DNA of 64,000 bases from Octopus vulgaris (Eukaryota), in NCBI GenBank assembly GCA_951406725.2, contig OX597823.1:2170001-2234000 (forward strand). The letters are read 5' to 3'. Position 1 is the stretch's first letter. Each line of letters begins with the position of its first letter. This document shows positions 1 through 13,509 of the stretch, one piece after another. The notes under the pieces were generated by a model. The model worked only from the letters and a program-made list of their open reading frames with translations, searched no databases and was not told the DNA's origin. The position numbers and the translations under genes were made by a program.

Positions 1-102
1 TGTCATATATTACATGCATATGAATATATTATATATATTATAATTATATAGATTATATTTATATATACCGCTTTCGCTTTTATATATATATAATCGATTT
101 GT

Positions 103-189
103 ACTTATGATGAGGGGAATCCCACTATTATTTGTATCGGGTGGGAAATTCGTCCAATACAAGAGCATCCTTCGAAAAGACTGTAAGGT
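103..189 (+). ncRNA. Degenerate minimal type I hammerhead ribozyme motif
   Basis: actt-ATGATGA-gggga...tccttc-GAAA-A-GACT-GTA-aggt. Stems I and II pair, but the core deviates (AUGAUGA for CUGAUGA; A for C after GAAA), so it is probably inactive. Confidence 0.45.
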
Positions 190-324
190 TTTCTACTACT
201 GCTTTTCTTTGGATTATAATACTGGAGCGGTTGAAACCTAACATTTCGATGAATTTTTACGTATTTTGTATTCCTACGAAAATCGGTTCTCCACTTTCAT
301 TTATATTATATATATATATATATT

Positions 325-655
325 TTCTAGTTTCAGCTCAGAGCCGCGGCCATGCTGATGCACCGCCGTTTTGTGCTACACTGTTATTACTAAGAGCCTC
401 CTTTAATATGTGGCACTTGGTGAAGAATGGAGTTTGATACAGCTACTCTCATTTGCACCTCTTGCCGTGAGGTAGGTTCATCTGGGACTCTCGACAGGAA
501 CAGGTCCAGCTTTGATTTAAAAACTGCTACATCTACTTTGTGCAAGTTCCTCAGACTCTTTGGGAGAATATTAAAAAGCTGTGGGCCCTTGAAACCCAGG
601 CTGTTGCAGAAGCTGGTCCTGAAGCGTGATAGCATTGCTGGGATCTTTGGCACCA

Positions 656-657
<2 letters not shown>
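325..657 (-). mobile_element. 3' fragment of CR1/L2-type LINE (same family as 58686-61756)
   Basis: Translates SLGFKGPQLFNILPKSLRNL...FKSKLDLFLSRVPDEP, near-identical to 58754-59020. Has the same 3' tail GGCGGTGC..AGCATGGCCGCGGCTCTGAGCTGAAACTAG, next to (TA)n. Confidence 0.85.
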
Positions 658-699
<42 letters not shown>

Positions 700-869
700 A
701 TATATATACTCATGTATATATAAATATATACATATATATATATATATTCATGTATATATTAATATATACATGTATATATATATATACATATACAGATACA
801 TATATATAGATATATATATACACATATATATATACATATATATACATATATATATATACACACACACAT

Positions 870-1063
870 AATGTTTTATTTGTTTTACATTAAGCAATGG
901 CCATGCAGGGGCACTACATTGAAGCAGTCTAGTCGAACGTATCGATCCCAATAGATATTTTCTTAAGCCTAATATTAAATCTCTTACCGAACTGCTAAGT
1001 TACGAGTACGTAAAGCCACCAACACCGGTTTTTAAGCAGTGGCGGGGGAGAAACACGCAGGCA

Positions 1064-1101
<38 letters not shown>

Positions 1102-1230
1102 ATGGGATTCTTTCAGTTTGCGTATAGCAAATACAGTCACAAGGCTTTAGTCACCCGACTTTACAGTAGAAGAGCCTCGCCCAAGGTGCCACTCGGTAGA
1201 ATTGAACCCAGAACCATGTGGTTGAGAAAG
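870..1230 (-). mobile_element. tRNA-derived SINE family A, degenerate copy
   Basis: Reverse complement matches segments of 16861-17277 (ccaaggtgcc, gaaccatgtggttg, ccgaactgctaagttacg, ggccatgc). Confidence 0.75.
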
Positions 1231-1379
1231 AAGCATGTTTTTTCTTGTTTTTTCGTAGCTCGATGCCCAAAAGTTTTCATCAAAGGAAAAGTGTAATAAT
1301 CTCCGAACCAACGACGCAATAAATGCTGTAATTTCTGTAATTTATTACATTTTATTTGATCATGTTATTTTTTTCTTCT

Positions 1380-1545
1380 ACTTCTTTCAGTCATTTGACA
1401 ATGGCCATGCTGGAGCACCGCCTTTAGTCGAGCAGATCAATCCAAGTACTTATTCTATCGGTCTCTTTTGCAGAACCGTTAATTTACGGGGACGTAAACA
1501 CACCAGCATCGGTTATCAAGCGATGGTGCCGGTGGGAAACACAGA
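1380..1545 (-). mobile_element. SINE family A, 3' half
   Basis: ttcagtcatttgac..ggccatgctggagcaccgcc and caccagcatcggtt..aagcgatg match the 3' half of 16861-17277. Confidence 0.85.
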
Positions 1546-1980
1546 TCCACACACACGCACACACATATACACACACACACACAAATATATACATACACAC
1601 ACACACACACACAAATATATATATACACACATACATACATACATACATACATACATACATACCATACATACATATATATATATATATTATATATATATAT
1701 ATATACATATACATTATTGCATTTGATATTGAATGTTATTAGATTTTATATATATTGTTATTACACCTTACATATTGTTATAAGGTCCTATATATAATGT
1801 TGTAAATCTAACATACATCTTATATATAAAGTTATTACTTATATTTATATATAAGAAGCAACATTCACATTCACATTTGAGATATCCGTTGTTATGTACA
1901 AGATGCGCGAAGCATATTCATTTATTCTTTGTAAGATGCTCATGTTTGTTTTGTATATGTGTGTGTGTGCGCGTGTATGC

Positions 1981-2028
<48 letters not shown>

Positions 2029-2094
2029 ATGCATGTATGTATGTATATATATATATATATATATATACTTATGTATATATACATATATACATAT

Positions 2095-2180
<86 letters not shown>

Positions 2181-2260
2181 TATATATGACAGAATGAGAT
2201 TCAAGGCTGTGAAAAATTTCAGTACATTTATAAAGAGAATGTCTTACAACTGTTTCCTAG

Positions 2261-2294
<34 letters not shown>

Positions 2295-2429
2295 ATGCAT
2301 GTATGTATGTCTATATATATATATATATATATACTTATGTATAGATACAGAAAATACACGCATAGAACATCGATAAATCCGCTTCAATTATCATCCAATG
2401 GATCGTTGTAATTTCACGCCTATACATAG

Positions 2430-2470
<41 letters not shown>

Positions 2471-2476
2471 CATACA

Positions 2477-2579
<103 letters not shown>

Positions 2580-2651
2580 TATATACATATACAATGCACA
2601 TATAATATATATGTGTATATACATCTGTTTATCTATCTATCTATCTATCTA

Positions 2652-2707
<56 letters not shown>

Positions 2708-2749
2708 GGGAGAGAGAGAGAGAGCTAGCTAGCTAGAGAGATAGATCCA

Positions 2750-3387
2750 TCCATACATAATACATATATGCATGCATACATACATACATTCATACATACA
2801 TGCATACATACATGCATATATACAACATTCATACATACATGCATACATACATATATACATACGTACATACATGCATACATACATGCATATATGCATACAT
2901 ACATGCATGCATACATGCATACTTACATACATGCATATATACATGCATACATGCATATATACATACATTCATACATACATACATGCATGCATACATACAT
3001 ACATGCATACATACATACATACATTCATACATACATGCATACATGCATACATACATACATGCATACATGCATACATACATACATGCATATATACATGCAT
3101 ACATGCATATATACATACATTCATACATACATACTTACATACATACATACATACATGCATACATACATACATTCATACATACATGCATACATACATGCAT
3201 ATATACATACATTCATACATACATGCATACATACATATATACATACGTACATACATGCATACATACATGCATATATGCATACATACATGCATGCATACAT
3301 GCATACATACATACATGCATATATACATGCATACATGCATATATACATACATACATACATACATACATACATACATACATACATACA
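2750..3387. repeat. Compound (TACA/TGCA)n tetranucleotide satellite
   Basis: Direct inspection; source of the H/T/Y/I and M/Y/V/C pseudo-ORFs. Confidence 0.95.
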
Positions 3388-3729
3388 GCGTTGCTAATTT
3401 AGTACTTCTTGCACTAAATTTAGTGCCTTTTTACTACTATCAATACGAAACACCATCGAGTTACTCGCATGCATACTTTTAGTGGGTTTTTTAATTAATT
3501 AAAGTTCAGCGTTTTTCTATTTTACTGAAATCAGAATTTAATTCGGAATTTTCTGTTCAATTTCAGACAGAAACATTTTGACACAAGGAAAACTATATTT
3601 TTCTACTCTTTTTAAAGTAAATCGTTTCTGAAAGTTCAAAAAACAGGAAATCTGAATCAGAAACACAAAACCCCACAAAATTCTTGAATGATTTTTACTA
3701 TTTCATTGATTCCCTCATTTTAATAATTC

Positions 3730-4330
3730 TTATACAAGGAAAGAAGCTAAATGATTCAGAGCAGGTCCGAAGCCGTGTGTTGGTCATCAATTCGAGAAGG
3801 ATGTGTCCATGTGAATTTGCTGAGCCAGAAGAGGATGGAATAAGAAGCCAATGTATGCAATCCGTTGCGGAAGTCTTGGAGCAAATGATACAGCGTCTTC
3901 TAGAGAATTTCCATTTTCTTACAATCGATGAGTTACGAAAGAATGCGTGAAACCAATAATTGAAGACAATGGGGCAATTAAAATGTACGATCGATTCAGG
4001 TTTCAGAACATTTTTATCTGGATCAAAGGGAAGAATGATCGTTCGGGGATTCGACTGGGAAAGATTCATTTGGACATTTAACACTTCTCCTTTTGCCAAA
4101 AACCGATATTGATGCGGAGAGAGTATTTAGTTTAAGGAACTTTATGAAATACTATTAGCCTAACCGTTTAAGCATAGAAACACGAAGAGAAGTTTGGAAC
4201 TTCAAATTTGGACTATGAAAAAGTGGTTCGTCTTATTATGATTATAAACTACCGAGCGAATTGTTGATGGATGCTTATAAAATGATGTGAAAATGCAATT
4301 TCTAGACCAGAAGAAATTTATCGGAAAATT
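3730..4330 (+). pseudogene. Highly decayed Tc1/Tc3-like transposase remnant
   Basis: QGKKLNDSEQ resembles the Tc3-type N-terminus (RGKKLSDxEK). FLDQKKF (about 4299-4319) resembles the FSDEKKF catalytic motif at plausible spacing. Many disablements. Confidence 0.4.
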
Positions 4331-4606
4331 TTCGAAATATTATGGAGAAAATTGTGTTAATTTCAGTTGAATTTCATTAGGATTGAAATTTTTAAGATAA
4401 ATCTTTTGATAATTACACCTATTTATTTATTTATTTTCTTAATTACTTTTCTTTTTGGTACTTTTCACTTTTATTTGGTGTTTTTAGTGCATTTTAGCTA
4501 TCGAAATAGTCCTTTTCAAAAGGTTTGACAACACTGCACGCGCATGCACACACACACAATATATACATCATACCTAATATATTATTTATACAATATATAA
4601 TTTATG

Positions 4607-4641
<35 letters not shown>

Positions 4642-4761
4642 TTTTACTTGTTTCAGTCATTTGTTTGCAGTCATGCTGGAGTAAAAGACAAGCTTCTCTC
4701 AGTTTCCGGCCACCAAATCCACTCACAAAGCTTTGGTCGGCCCGAGGACACTTACACAAAG

Positions 4762-4804
<43 letters not shown>

Positions 4805-5176
4805 GGGAGAGAGAAAGGGAAAGTGAGAGAGAGAGAGAAAGAGAGAGAATATTTATATATATACATATTGAGTATAAGATCAGTTAATTTCATATAGGCA
4901 AGAAAGATATCTATAATAGCCAATAAATCGTAAACGTCGGCTGAATTTGTTATTTTAGGAATGATCTCAAAAACATTAACAAAATAAATGCTTTTTTGTT
5001 GTATTTTAAAGAAATTTCTTAAACAGCAGCATACGGTGTCAATGACGGGAGATTAATTATTAAAAGGAGAATTAAATCGATTGCAAAATTAGTTTTCAGC
5101 TGAGGCATCAAGGTTCCCCGACGGCTTATTTGAAGCGCATATCACTTAAAACTAATTTCACATTCACAATAATGTA

Positions 5177-5212
<36 letters not shown>

Positions 5213-5233
5213 TATGTATGTATATATATACAT

Positions 5234-5289
<56 letters not shown>

Positions 5290-5296
5290 TACATAC

Positions 5297-5362
<66 letters not shown>

Positions 5363-5400
5363 GTATACATGTATATATATATACATATATATATACATAT

Positions 5401-5448
<48 letters not shown>

Positions 5449-5460
5449 GTATATATACAT

Positions 5461-5579
<119 letters not shown>

Positions 5580-5667
5580 TACACACGTTTATGAATTGAC
5601 CATCCCGAAATACAATACACACGCGCGCGCATGCATGCATACATACATACATACATGCATGCATACA

Positions 5668-5701
<34 letters not shown>

Positions 5702-5948
5702 CATATATACATACATATGTGCATACATATGCACACGCGTATATATACACATATACAAGTTTGTTTACATTCATTCAGAGATGCATTAACATACATTCAA
5801 GATGCACAAATACACACACACACACACACAAACATCTATTAGTGCTATGTAATAACTCTTCTGAATTCACTGAATTTATTGCATATACGCAAATTTTAAT
5901 AATTAAAAGCTGGTAATAATCATTATTCCAGCATTCTTATTTCCAATA

Positions 5949-6067
<119 letters not shown>

Positions 6068-6086
6068 CATATATATATATGTATAT

Positions 6087-6200
<114 letters not shown>

Positions 6201-6231
6201 CGCGAGAATGAAGCAACAAGAATGGATAGGT

Positions 6232-6322
6232 TTTTAGTACGATCGTTTCATACAAGGACAGGTTTTATTAAAAGTTGCAAAAATTACAGCATATAAACGT
6301 GTCCCGTACTCATCAGCTAAAA
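6232..6322 (-). ncRNA. Minimal type I hammerhead ribozyme
   Basis: Reverse complement of 6883-6973 with an intact core. Confidence 0.8.
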
Positions 6323-6882
6323 TACATGTGAGTTCTCTAGACATCCTAGTGGTTGAGGCTATACTCATGAAGTAATGTAGATAATTAAGTAACATAAACA
6401 GATTTCAAAAGTTCATTAAAGTTCTTTAAAGATGATTTACAGTCTTATCACAGAATTTCAAAAAGTCTTAATAGCATCACAGAATTTCAAAAAAGTCTTA
6501 ATAGCATCACAGAGAAGGTGACCCGATCCTACACCATTGGAAATTGTGCATCTATACAAAGGATTAACTCACCCTCTCTGTAATGCTAATAAGCAGGAAT
6601 TGAAACCCACCTCGTTATAATTGACAATGGATAAATTTGCTTTCTGTGAGTATGTAACCCTCATCATATCTCTGGAAGTTCATATGTGCACTATGGATCG
6701 GGTCACCTTCTCTGTGATGCTATTAAGACTTTTTGAAATTCTGTGATGCTATTAAGACTTTTTTGAAATTCTGTGATAAGACTGTAAATCATCTTTAAAG
6801 AACTTTAATGATATCTGTTTATGTTATCTACATTACTTCATGAGTATATCAACCACTAGGATGTCTAGAGAACTCACATGTA

Positions 6883-6973
6883 TTTTAGCTGATGAGTACG
6901 GGACACGTTTATATGCTGTAATTTTTGCAACTTTTAATAAAACCTGTCCTTGTATGAAACGATCGTACTAAAA
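6883..6973 (+). ncRNA. Minimal type I hammerhead ribozyme
   Basis: ttttag-CTGATGA-gtacgggaca...tgtccttgtat-GAAA-C-GATC-G-TA-ctaaaa: 6-bp stem I, extended stem II, palindromic GATC loop III. Predicted cleavage after GUA at 6967. Confidence 0.8.
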
Positions 6974-7124
6974 ACCTATCCATTCTTGTTGCTTCATTCT
7001 CGCTTATAATCACCCCACATTACTGTATTGTTAAATCAGTATAGTTTTTTTTGGTGCATCTAAGTTAGGTACCATATTCAAGTAAATTCATTTAAATTAA
7101 CTTGAATCTTTATTGCTTTTTGAA

Positions 7125-7210
<86 letters not shown>

Positions 7211-7438
7211 CACCTTCGAAACGCGGAGCAAATGAAACAGAGACAACTGATGAAGGGGAATATTCTTTATGTTGCATGTCTCGCTTCTCTGTTATTTTCG
7301 CTGTTCGAAAAAAAATTCGTTTCTATGTTTCTGTTTTTATGTTTATGTCCTGTACCTATATATGCATGTATATTATATACATATATATGTAAGTACGTAC
7401 ATATATGTATGTATATATGCATATATTTATATATTATT

Positions 7439-7500
<62 letters not shown>

Positions 7501-7630
7501 TGAGAGAGAGTTTGAAGTGATGTTCAGATATTGTATATCTAGAATAATAAGTTTGTCAGAATGTTGGATGATTATATAATATAAATAACAAAATATACAT
7601 AATCATCCAACATTCTGACTACCCTATTAT

Positions 7631-7698
<68 letters not shown>

Positions 7699-7900
7699 TA
7701 GAATAATAAGGTAGACAGAATGTTGGATGATTATGCATATTGTGTTATTTACATTATATTTATATATATATTATATTAAATTAGAGATAAAACCACTATT
7801 AGGCAAATCATACAATGAAAGACTTAAGCCAATACATAGGATTAATTCATTTATATTATTTTAAATATATATCAAAATTATTAAAAAAAGATAATGAGTA

Positions 7901-7970
7901 TAACACTACGATCGTTTCATGGCTGTCCAATTCGTAAAAATTCGAGTTACAGTCATTCTTCAGGTGATTG
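7901..7970 (-). ncRNA. Minimal type I hammerhead ribozyme (second sequence family)
   Basis: Minus strand: tcac-CTGAAGA-atgactgt...acagccat-GAAA-C-GATC-G-TA-gtgt. Stem II pairs 7 of 8; stem I is cac/gtg. Confidence 0.75.
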
Positions 7971-7999
7971 AAATATTTATCTTAGCGAGGTTTAACAAT

Positions 8000-8066
<67 letters not shown>

Positions 8067-8128
8067 AATAATACTTTATTTGTTCCACATCCTTGCGTTG
8101 TTGTTTTTTTGTTTTCTTGTTTGGATTA

Positions 8129-8170
<42 letters not shown>

Positions 8171-8324
8171 GTAGGTACTGTAAATGTAGAGTGAATACTT
8201 TGATAAGTGTAAGCACCTGTATATGCCAGATAGTGGCAGAGGTGAGAGAGTATATATCAAATATAAATTAAAAACAGATATCGTGTACCGCAATATCCTT
8301 TGTGTTCTGTTTTTAATATATGTT

Positions 8325-8378
<54 letters not shown>

Positions 8379-9875
8379 ATATATATATATATATACATTT
8401 TGTTAATTGTATCGAAACCTTTTCCTGTTTTTCTTTATTTCCAAGTATATAAAAATATCGGTTTTTGTTATTCTCTCTGTGGTCAATATTGATCGAAGAT
8501 TAATCTACAATTTAATCAAAGACAATCTATGACTATCAGATCCTTCAGACCATATTGTCTTTCTTTTTATAAGAAAAAACAACCACAAAAGAGCTACTAT
8601 GTGATTTGATAGAGGTTTGGTTGTTATTTCTTGCTATTTCAATGAACACTTCGAAGTACCCTCATTGGCTGTTAAATATATTGGTAGTTTTCTTATGATA
8701 GCTTTAGGTTGTGGAGGGTTTTTTTCCTTGTTATGTGATATCTCTGTATAACATGTATTAGTAATATTAGTCTTGTTACAAGATACAGATAACTTATTTT
8801 GTAGCAATACAGATGTTTTGGTGGGCCATATTTTCCAAAGATACATTCACACGATTTGGCAGCAAAATAACGTTCTTCTAATAATATCTTCAAGAGAAAT
8901 TAACGCTCTTTAACTGAAGCAATATTGGAATTAAATATCGTTTCTTTTAATTATCGAAAAGTTGATATTATTTTATGGACAAAAAAATATTGTTTCGAAT
9001 CAACGAACAAATATCTGATCGTTTCGTTGGTGAACCTCAAGTTGGCCCTGATCCTTGATGCAGCAAATATTTATGGTCAGAGAATTCTGTCCACGACCAT
9101 CCTAACTTTTTTTAAAGCACCTCGGACTACATTATCCAATGTGACCATTTTAAAGACTGTAGTGCATCGTTTGGACGTCATTTAACTACTATTTCTAGCT
9201 GATCAAACCACCATATAGAGGTTTTCTCATTAACTTTGGTGTAATATTCTAATAAATTTTTGTTCTTAAACTGAAGAAATATTATTTGATTGAGAAATTA
9301 TGGCCTCTAACTGTTAAGGCATCAGCCTAATTCTGGATGCAAATATTCCTTTTTAAGAATCGATTTCCCAAGATTCGTCGACGTAAAATGCCATTCAACT
9401 TCATAAACATCCGTTTTCTGGAAATCCAACAAAAAGCAACATACGGGAAAATAGAGGGAAACATAAGAAACGGGAGACTGGACCGAACCCAGGGAGGCGG
9501 ACCAAAAGAGGCAGCCGATTTCCTCGTCAATCAGTGTCCAGAAAGTTATAAATGGTAAGTGCTGTGCCTTGAGAGAGTCATGACGCCAATAATAACAACA
9601 TGCGTTCAGGTTCGATTCCGTTTCGATATTGTTAGTCAATTGGTTAAATATCTGACCAATTTACTTAATCGATCACTTCTTTAAGGTGCTGTTTAAAGGG
9701 TCGAGGGTTTGAAGAAGAGGGTTTAAAAAAGAATTTAAAAAGTGGAAGAGAAAACAGCTTTTAGAAATAAACAAAGAACAAATAAGCAGCATCTACTTGC
9801 GAAAGATGCGGGAATTTAATTTGAATCCGGTGATGGATTCTGCTATGAAGGCGCCATAGATATTTAAATACGTGT

Positions 9876-9914
<39 letters not shown>

Positions 9915-9964
9915 CGCGTGTATGCATGTATGTACATAGTACATACGTTTGTATGTAAGTATAT

Positions 9965-10425
9965 CATTATTCAGTTTTATTTCAAGATTTCTTGCCAATA
10001 GAGAAAGAACTGGTTTCTAACCCAGATCCAAGACTCCTTCACTGGAAATTCAACAACATCAACAGGGTATTTTTGTATGCATGTAAATGTGCAGATTTGT
10101 ATGTTTTATGTATGTATTTTCATGTTTAGACACGCTCGTATATACTTAAATGATAAACCTCTGAGAAGTTTTACAGGTTATTACAGTTCCAGTGATGGAT
10201 TGGATCTGTAGTCTTCGAATCAGCTTTCTCCTTTCTAGTTTCTCAAGATTGGCATTTAGGCAGTGACCCAATATCCCAGTGACCCAATAATTACAAGTAT
10301 ATACCTGAACTTGTAATCTGGATAGAATAGCGACAGATTCCTCAATAGTTCAGTATAGGTATTTTCGTTTTCGCTGATCTTCAGCTTTATGTTAACATCC
10401 GCTGGGCAGCTGATTTTCACAATTG
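9965..10425 (-). mobile_element. 3' fragment of R4/Dong-type non-LTR retrotransposon
   Basis: Reverse complement matches 20310-20690 (SCP.DV.IKLKISE, RRLQIQSIT.TV) and continues into a 3' UTR. Confidence 0.75.
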
Positions 10426-10554
10426 TACACAGTTTCTCTTCTCTGTCTCAAATTACTAAACCAGGTCTTTTATGCTTACATTTTATTGAGGTCTCCACTG
10501 AAACATTCCAACGGTACACCTTTTACTAAACAAAACTGTAATGTCAGAGGTTCG

Positions 10555-10690
10555 GAATCAGAGGAAAAACCTCATTTCAATGTGGTTAGACTGCAAGAAA
10601 GCCTTTGACTCTGTCCTCCACTCATGGATGCTAGAAGCCCTTTCATGTGCTAAAGTTCCAGTGAGCATAATCAAAGTCATAGCAGACCTG
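10555..10690 (+). mobile_element. Short reverse transcriptase fragment (R4/Dong-like)
   Basis: RKNLISMWLDCKKAFDSVLHSWMLEAL is an RT domain 3 motif; ends in (ATGT)n. Confidence 0.7.
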
Positions 10691-10726
10691 TATGCATGTA
10701 TGTATGTATGTATGTATGTATGTATG

Positions 10727-10760
<34 letters not shown>

Positions 10761-10763
10761 TAC

Positions 10764-10808
10764 ATAGTCTAATGATGGGTTAGCTGCCCGAAACTTCGCA
10801 ATCACTGT
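10764..10808 (+). ncRNA. Degenerate hammerhead motif
   Basis: atagt-CTAATGA-tgggt tagct gccc-GAAA-C-ttcgca-ATC-actgt. Stems I and II pair; two core mismatches. Confidence 0.45.
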
Positions 10809-10895
10809 CAATAACACACACACACACATACTCATACACACATATGTACATTAATCGATCAGATAAGAAGAGTGAAGTGAGAGAATAAATCCATT

Positions 10896-10956
10896 TGTAA
10901 ACAGCTGTTTTGTAATCTGTGTTAGTTATGTAAGAGATGCTACGTCATCCGTTACA
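10896..10956 (-). ncRNA. Degenerate hammerhead motif
   Basis: Minus strand: tgtaa-CGGATGA-cgtag...ttac-AAAA-C-AGCT-G-TT-taca. Palindromic AGCT loop; core has two substitutions. Confidence 0.4.
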
Positions 10957-11959
10957 CATAGAAATGAATACACACACACACACAAAGCATGGAGCTTACT
11001 TTGAGCTGTGTTTGATTATTTGAATTCTTGTTTTTATACATACATGCATAAATACATGAAATGGATTAAAATCTATTATGAAACACTTCTGCGAATGCCG
11101 ACTTTCCATTGTATATATGTATGTAGATGGTTTATCTTTAAGAAGAAAATTATTCATACAAGTTGAAATTCCTCATGAAGTATATTAATCAACGAATATG
11201 GAATTTATGATTTTATTTTTAATATATCGATCTGCTTAAATGTTCCGATAAGTCTTTCAGAGCGAGACACTAGTGAATGGAAATGGTAAAGGTAAGAAAA
11301 TTCGTTGGAAAACATTGGATCCAGGGCCAAGTCAAATTCGTTTTTAAAAGACAAAAAATCCTTCACACTCACTAAGATTTATTGAACTGAAATGAGATCC
11401 TGGTCGGTCGATTTCGATTCCTAGCTGGGGCTGTCATTAGATCTCTTGAATGTTGCTATTCTTCTTGGTAAATATTTTTTGACATACTTTTCTAGCATAA
11501 TTGAAAATCTCAGTATCTGCTGTTACCTGAAACTCCGATCACTTCTATATTGCATTCAACCATCTTAATATGGAAAGACACGTTGAATAATGGAATTTTA
11601 GATGCACCATAACTAATTTGAAGACAGAAGAGCCACGGTTGGAATGTTTTGAACATGAAATTTTTAACTGAGAGGTCGATTCGGGCCATTACAATAACAC
11701 CACCACCAACGATGATTAAAAGATGATGGCCTGCGAAGGTTGCGATACCCAAGTTTTCAGAGATTTTTTCTTCCCAGTTCAAAAAAGGTGCTAAACATTC
11801 AACGCATTTTCCTCTGCTTTCTTTGCATCATTAAAATCGCCGAGAAAAGCATAAACGTCACACCTGAAACACACGCAACTCAAGTATACGACATTGAATT
11901 AGCTTGGCGCAGTATTTTCTTACACCTGGCCCCTTCTACACACTCTTTTATTATAATTT

Positions 11960-12110
11960 AATTGTTTCAGTCATTTGACTGCGGCCATGCCGGAGCACCG
12001 CCTAGTACTTATTCTATAGGTCTCTCTTACCGAACCGCTAAGTTACGGGGACGTAAGGACACCAGCATCAGTTGTCAAGCGATGTTGGGGGACAAATACA
12101 GACAAATAAA
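11960..12110 (-). mobile_element. SINE family A, 3' half
   Basis: gtttcagtcatttgactgcggccatgccggagcaccgcc...gaaccgctaagttacgggg...accagcatcagttgtcaagcg. Confidence 0.85.
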
Positions 12111-12202
12111 CATACACACACACACACACACTCACATATATATATATGCGTGTGTGTGTGTGTGTATATATATGTATGTATGCATGTATGTATGTATGTA
12201 TG

Positions 12203-12257
<55 letters not shown>

Positions 12258-13115
12258 TTACATGCGTTTGAAATCTTACCAGAATGAACTTCCATTTTCC
12301 CCATTTTCCCAGGGAGCTAAAACCAAATACCAGTAATATACTCACTTTACTTATTTTGACTTAATGTAAAATATGTTAATTATTGCAGGTAATAGATTTT
12401 AATTACAACGCCTAATTAGAACTCGGGTTTAAATTAATATCTGCTAAATGTAAAAGTTTAGTATTTCTTGAATGATTTTCAGAAACATCTTTTAATCGTT
12501 CGAAGGAATAAGAAGTTCGATTTTTATTTTTTACATTTGGTGGAGTTCTGGTCAAAGAACACCGTTTAACTCGTCATTACTTTTTTCTTTATTTTTGGTA
12601 ATTTTCAGGAAATTTTTTGCGAATTTCTGTTCTCCACAATGTATTTCGTACGATTATACAAAAGTAAGTTTTTTTAATTTTTTCACCCTCATTAATCCTA
12701 AAATGTCGACTTCTTTCGTTTCTTTTCTCTTTTTAATCATAGTTTTAAAACACAAACAGTCCGAATCTTCTATTTGTTGTTGCTTATAATTTCAAAATAA
12801 TTAAAAAAATCTTTAGAAACCCTCTTTTTTTCAACATTTAAGGATTATCCTTGAATCTGGTTATTAAATGACGCAACATTCATTTTGGGTGGCCATTCGG
12901 AACCGTAAAGCCGCTCTTTAAGCACCTTTTATACACCAACACATTATTTTTAAATGTAAAATGGTGAAATTGCTTTACTCGGCTGGCATTAATAAATCCC
13001 TCAGAAACATGCAAGAAACTTCGTCCTTTCACGCTTCGCCTATTTAGCCCTTAGAAACCCAGACATGCTTATCAAAGAAAATGTTATTTGGTAATGAAGA
13101 ATATTATTACCTTAC

Positions 13116-13294
13116 CTTCCATTTTTGGTAACAATCATTTCGTTGGTAAATTCCTTAAATTTTATCCACAATTCCTTATCTTCCAATGTAACGGTCAGCT
13201 GGCGCTCGGTAGGGTCCCCCTTTTCACTGCCCACCGTCATTTCGGTGTCAACCGCACTTAAAAGGTGGTTCACGTTGACGGTCTCTGTTTTCAT
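13116..13294 (-). CDS. Bra: Brachyury (T-box transcription factor), first coding exon from the conserved-region ATG
   Basis: [59 protein letters not shown]. Contains the Brachyury-specific [17 protein letters not shown] motif and the T-box start LW..F...[11 protein letters not shown]. Ends in AG|GTAAG, the conserved phase-2 donor (intron starts at 13115). The true start may lie further upstream. Confidence 0.96.
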
Positions 13295-13436
13295 TTTGCT
13301 CAGGGGCAGCGATAGTGTTGGTCCCACGGGGGAAAGAATTGAACTTAATGAATTATCAATCCTGCTACTGTTGTTATTGCTGTTCTTGTTGTCGTCGTCG
13401 TCGTAGTCGCTGATGGACGTGGTAAGGATCGGGGTT

Positions 13437-13509
<73 letters not shown>

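Larger units (their letters stand above)
6202..7003. mobile_element. Long inverted repeat (arms 6202-6529 and 6695-7003, 165-bp spacer); Penelope-like pseudo-LTR fold-back
   Basis: Arms are reverse complements apart from a few small indels. Each arm carries a hammerhead motif, and the element lies between (TA)n tracts. Confidence 0.85.

Noticed and set aside
9322-9639. Minus-strand ORF containing FLLDF, as a possible Brachyury exon 2
   Set aside because: Lacks RMFP, GLDP and HRWKY around the match, so it is a chance similarity. No exon 2 was found in 1-13115.
11250-11830. Possible ancient Tc1 remnant (GGGVIVMA, minus strand)
   Set aside because: One weak motif, no TIRs and no recognisable catalytic residues.
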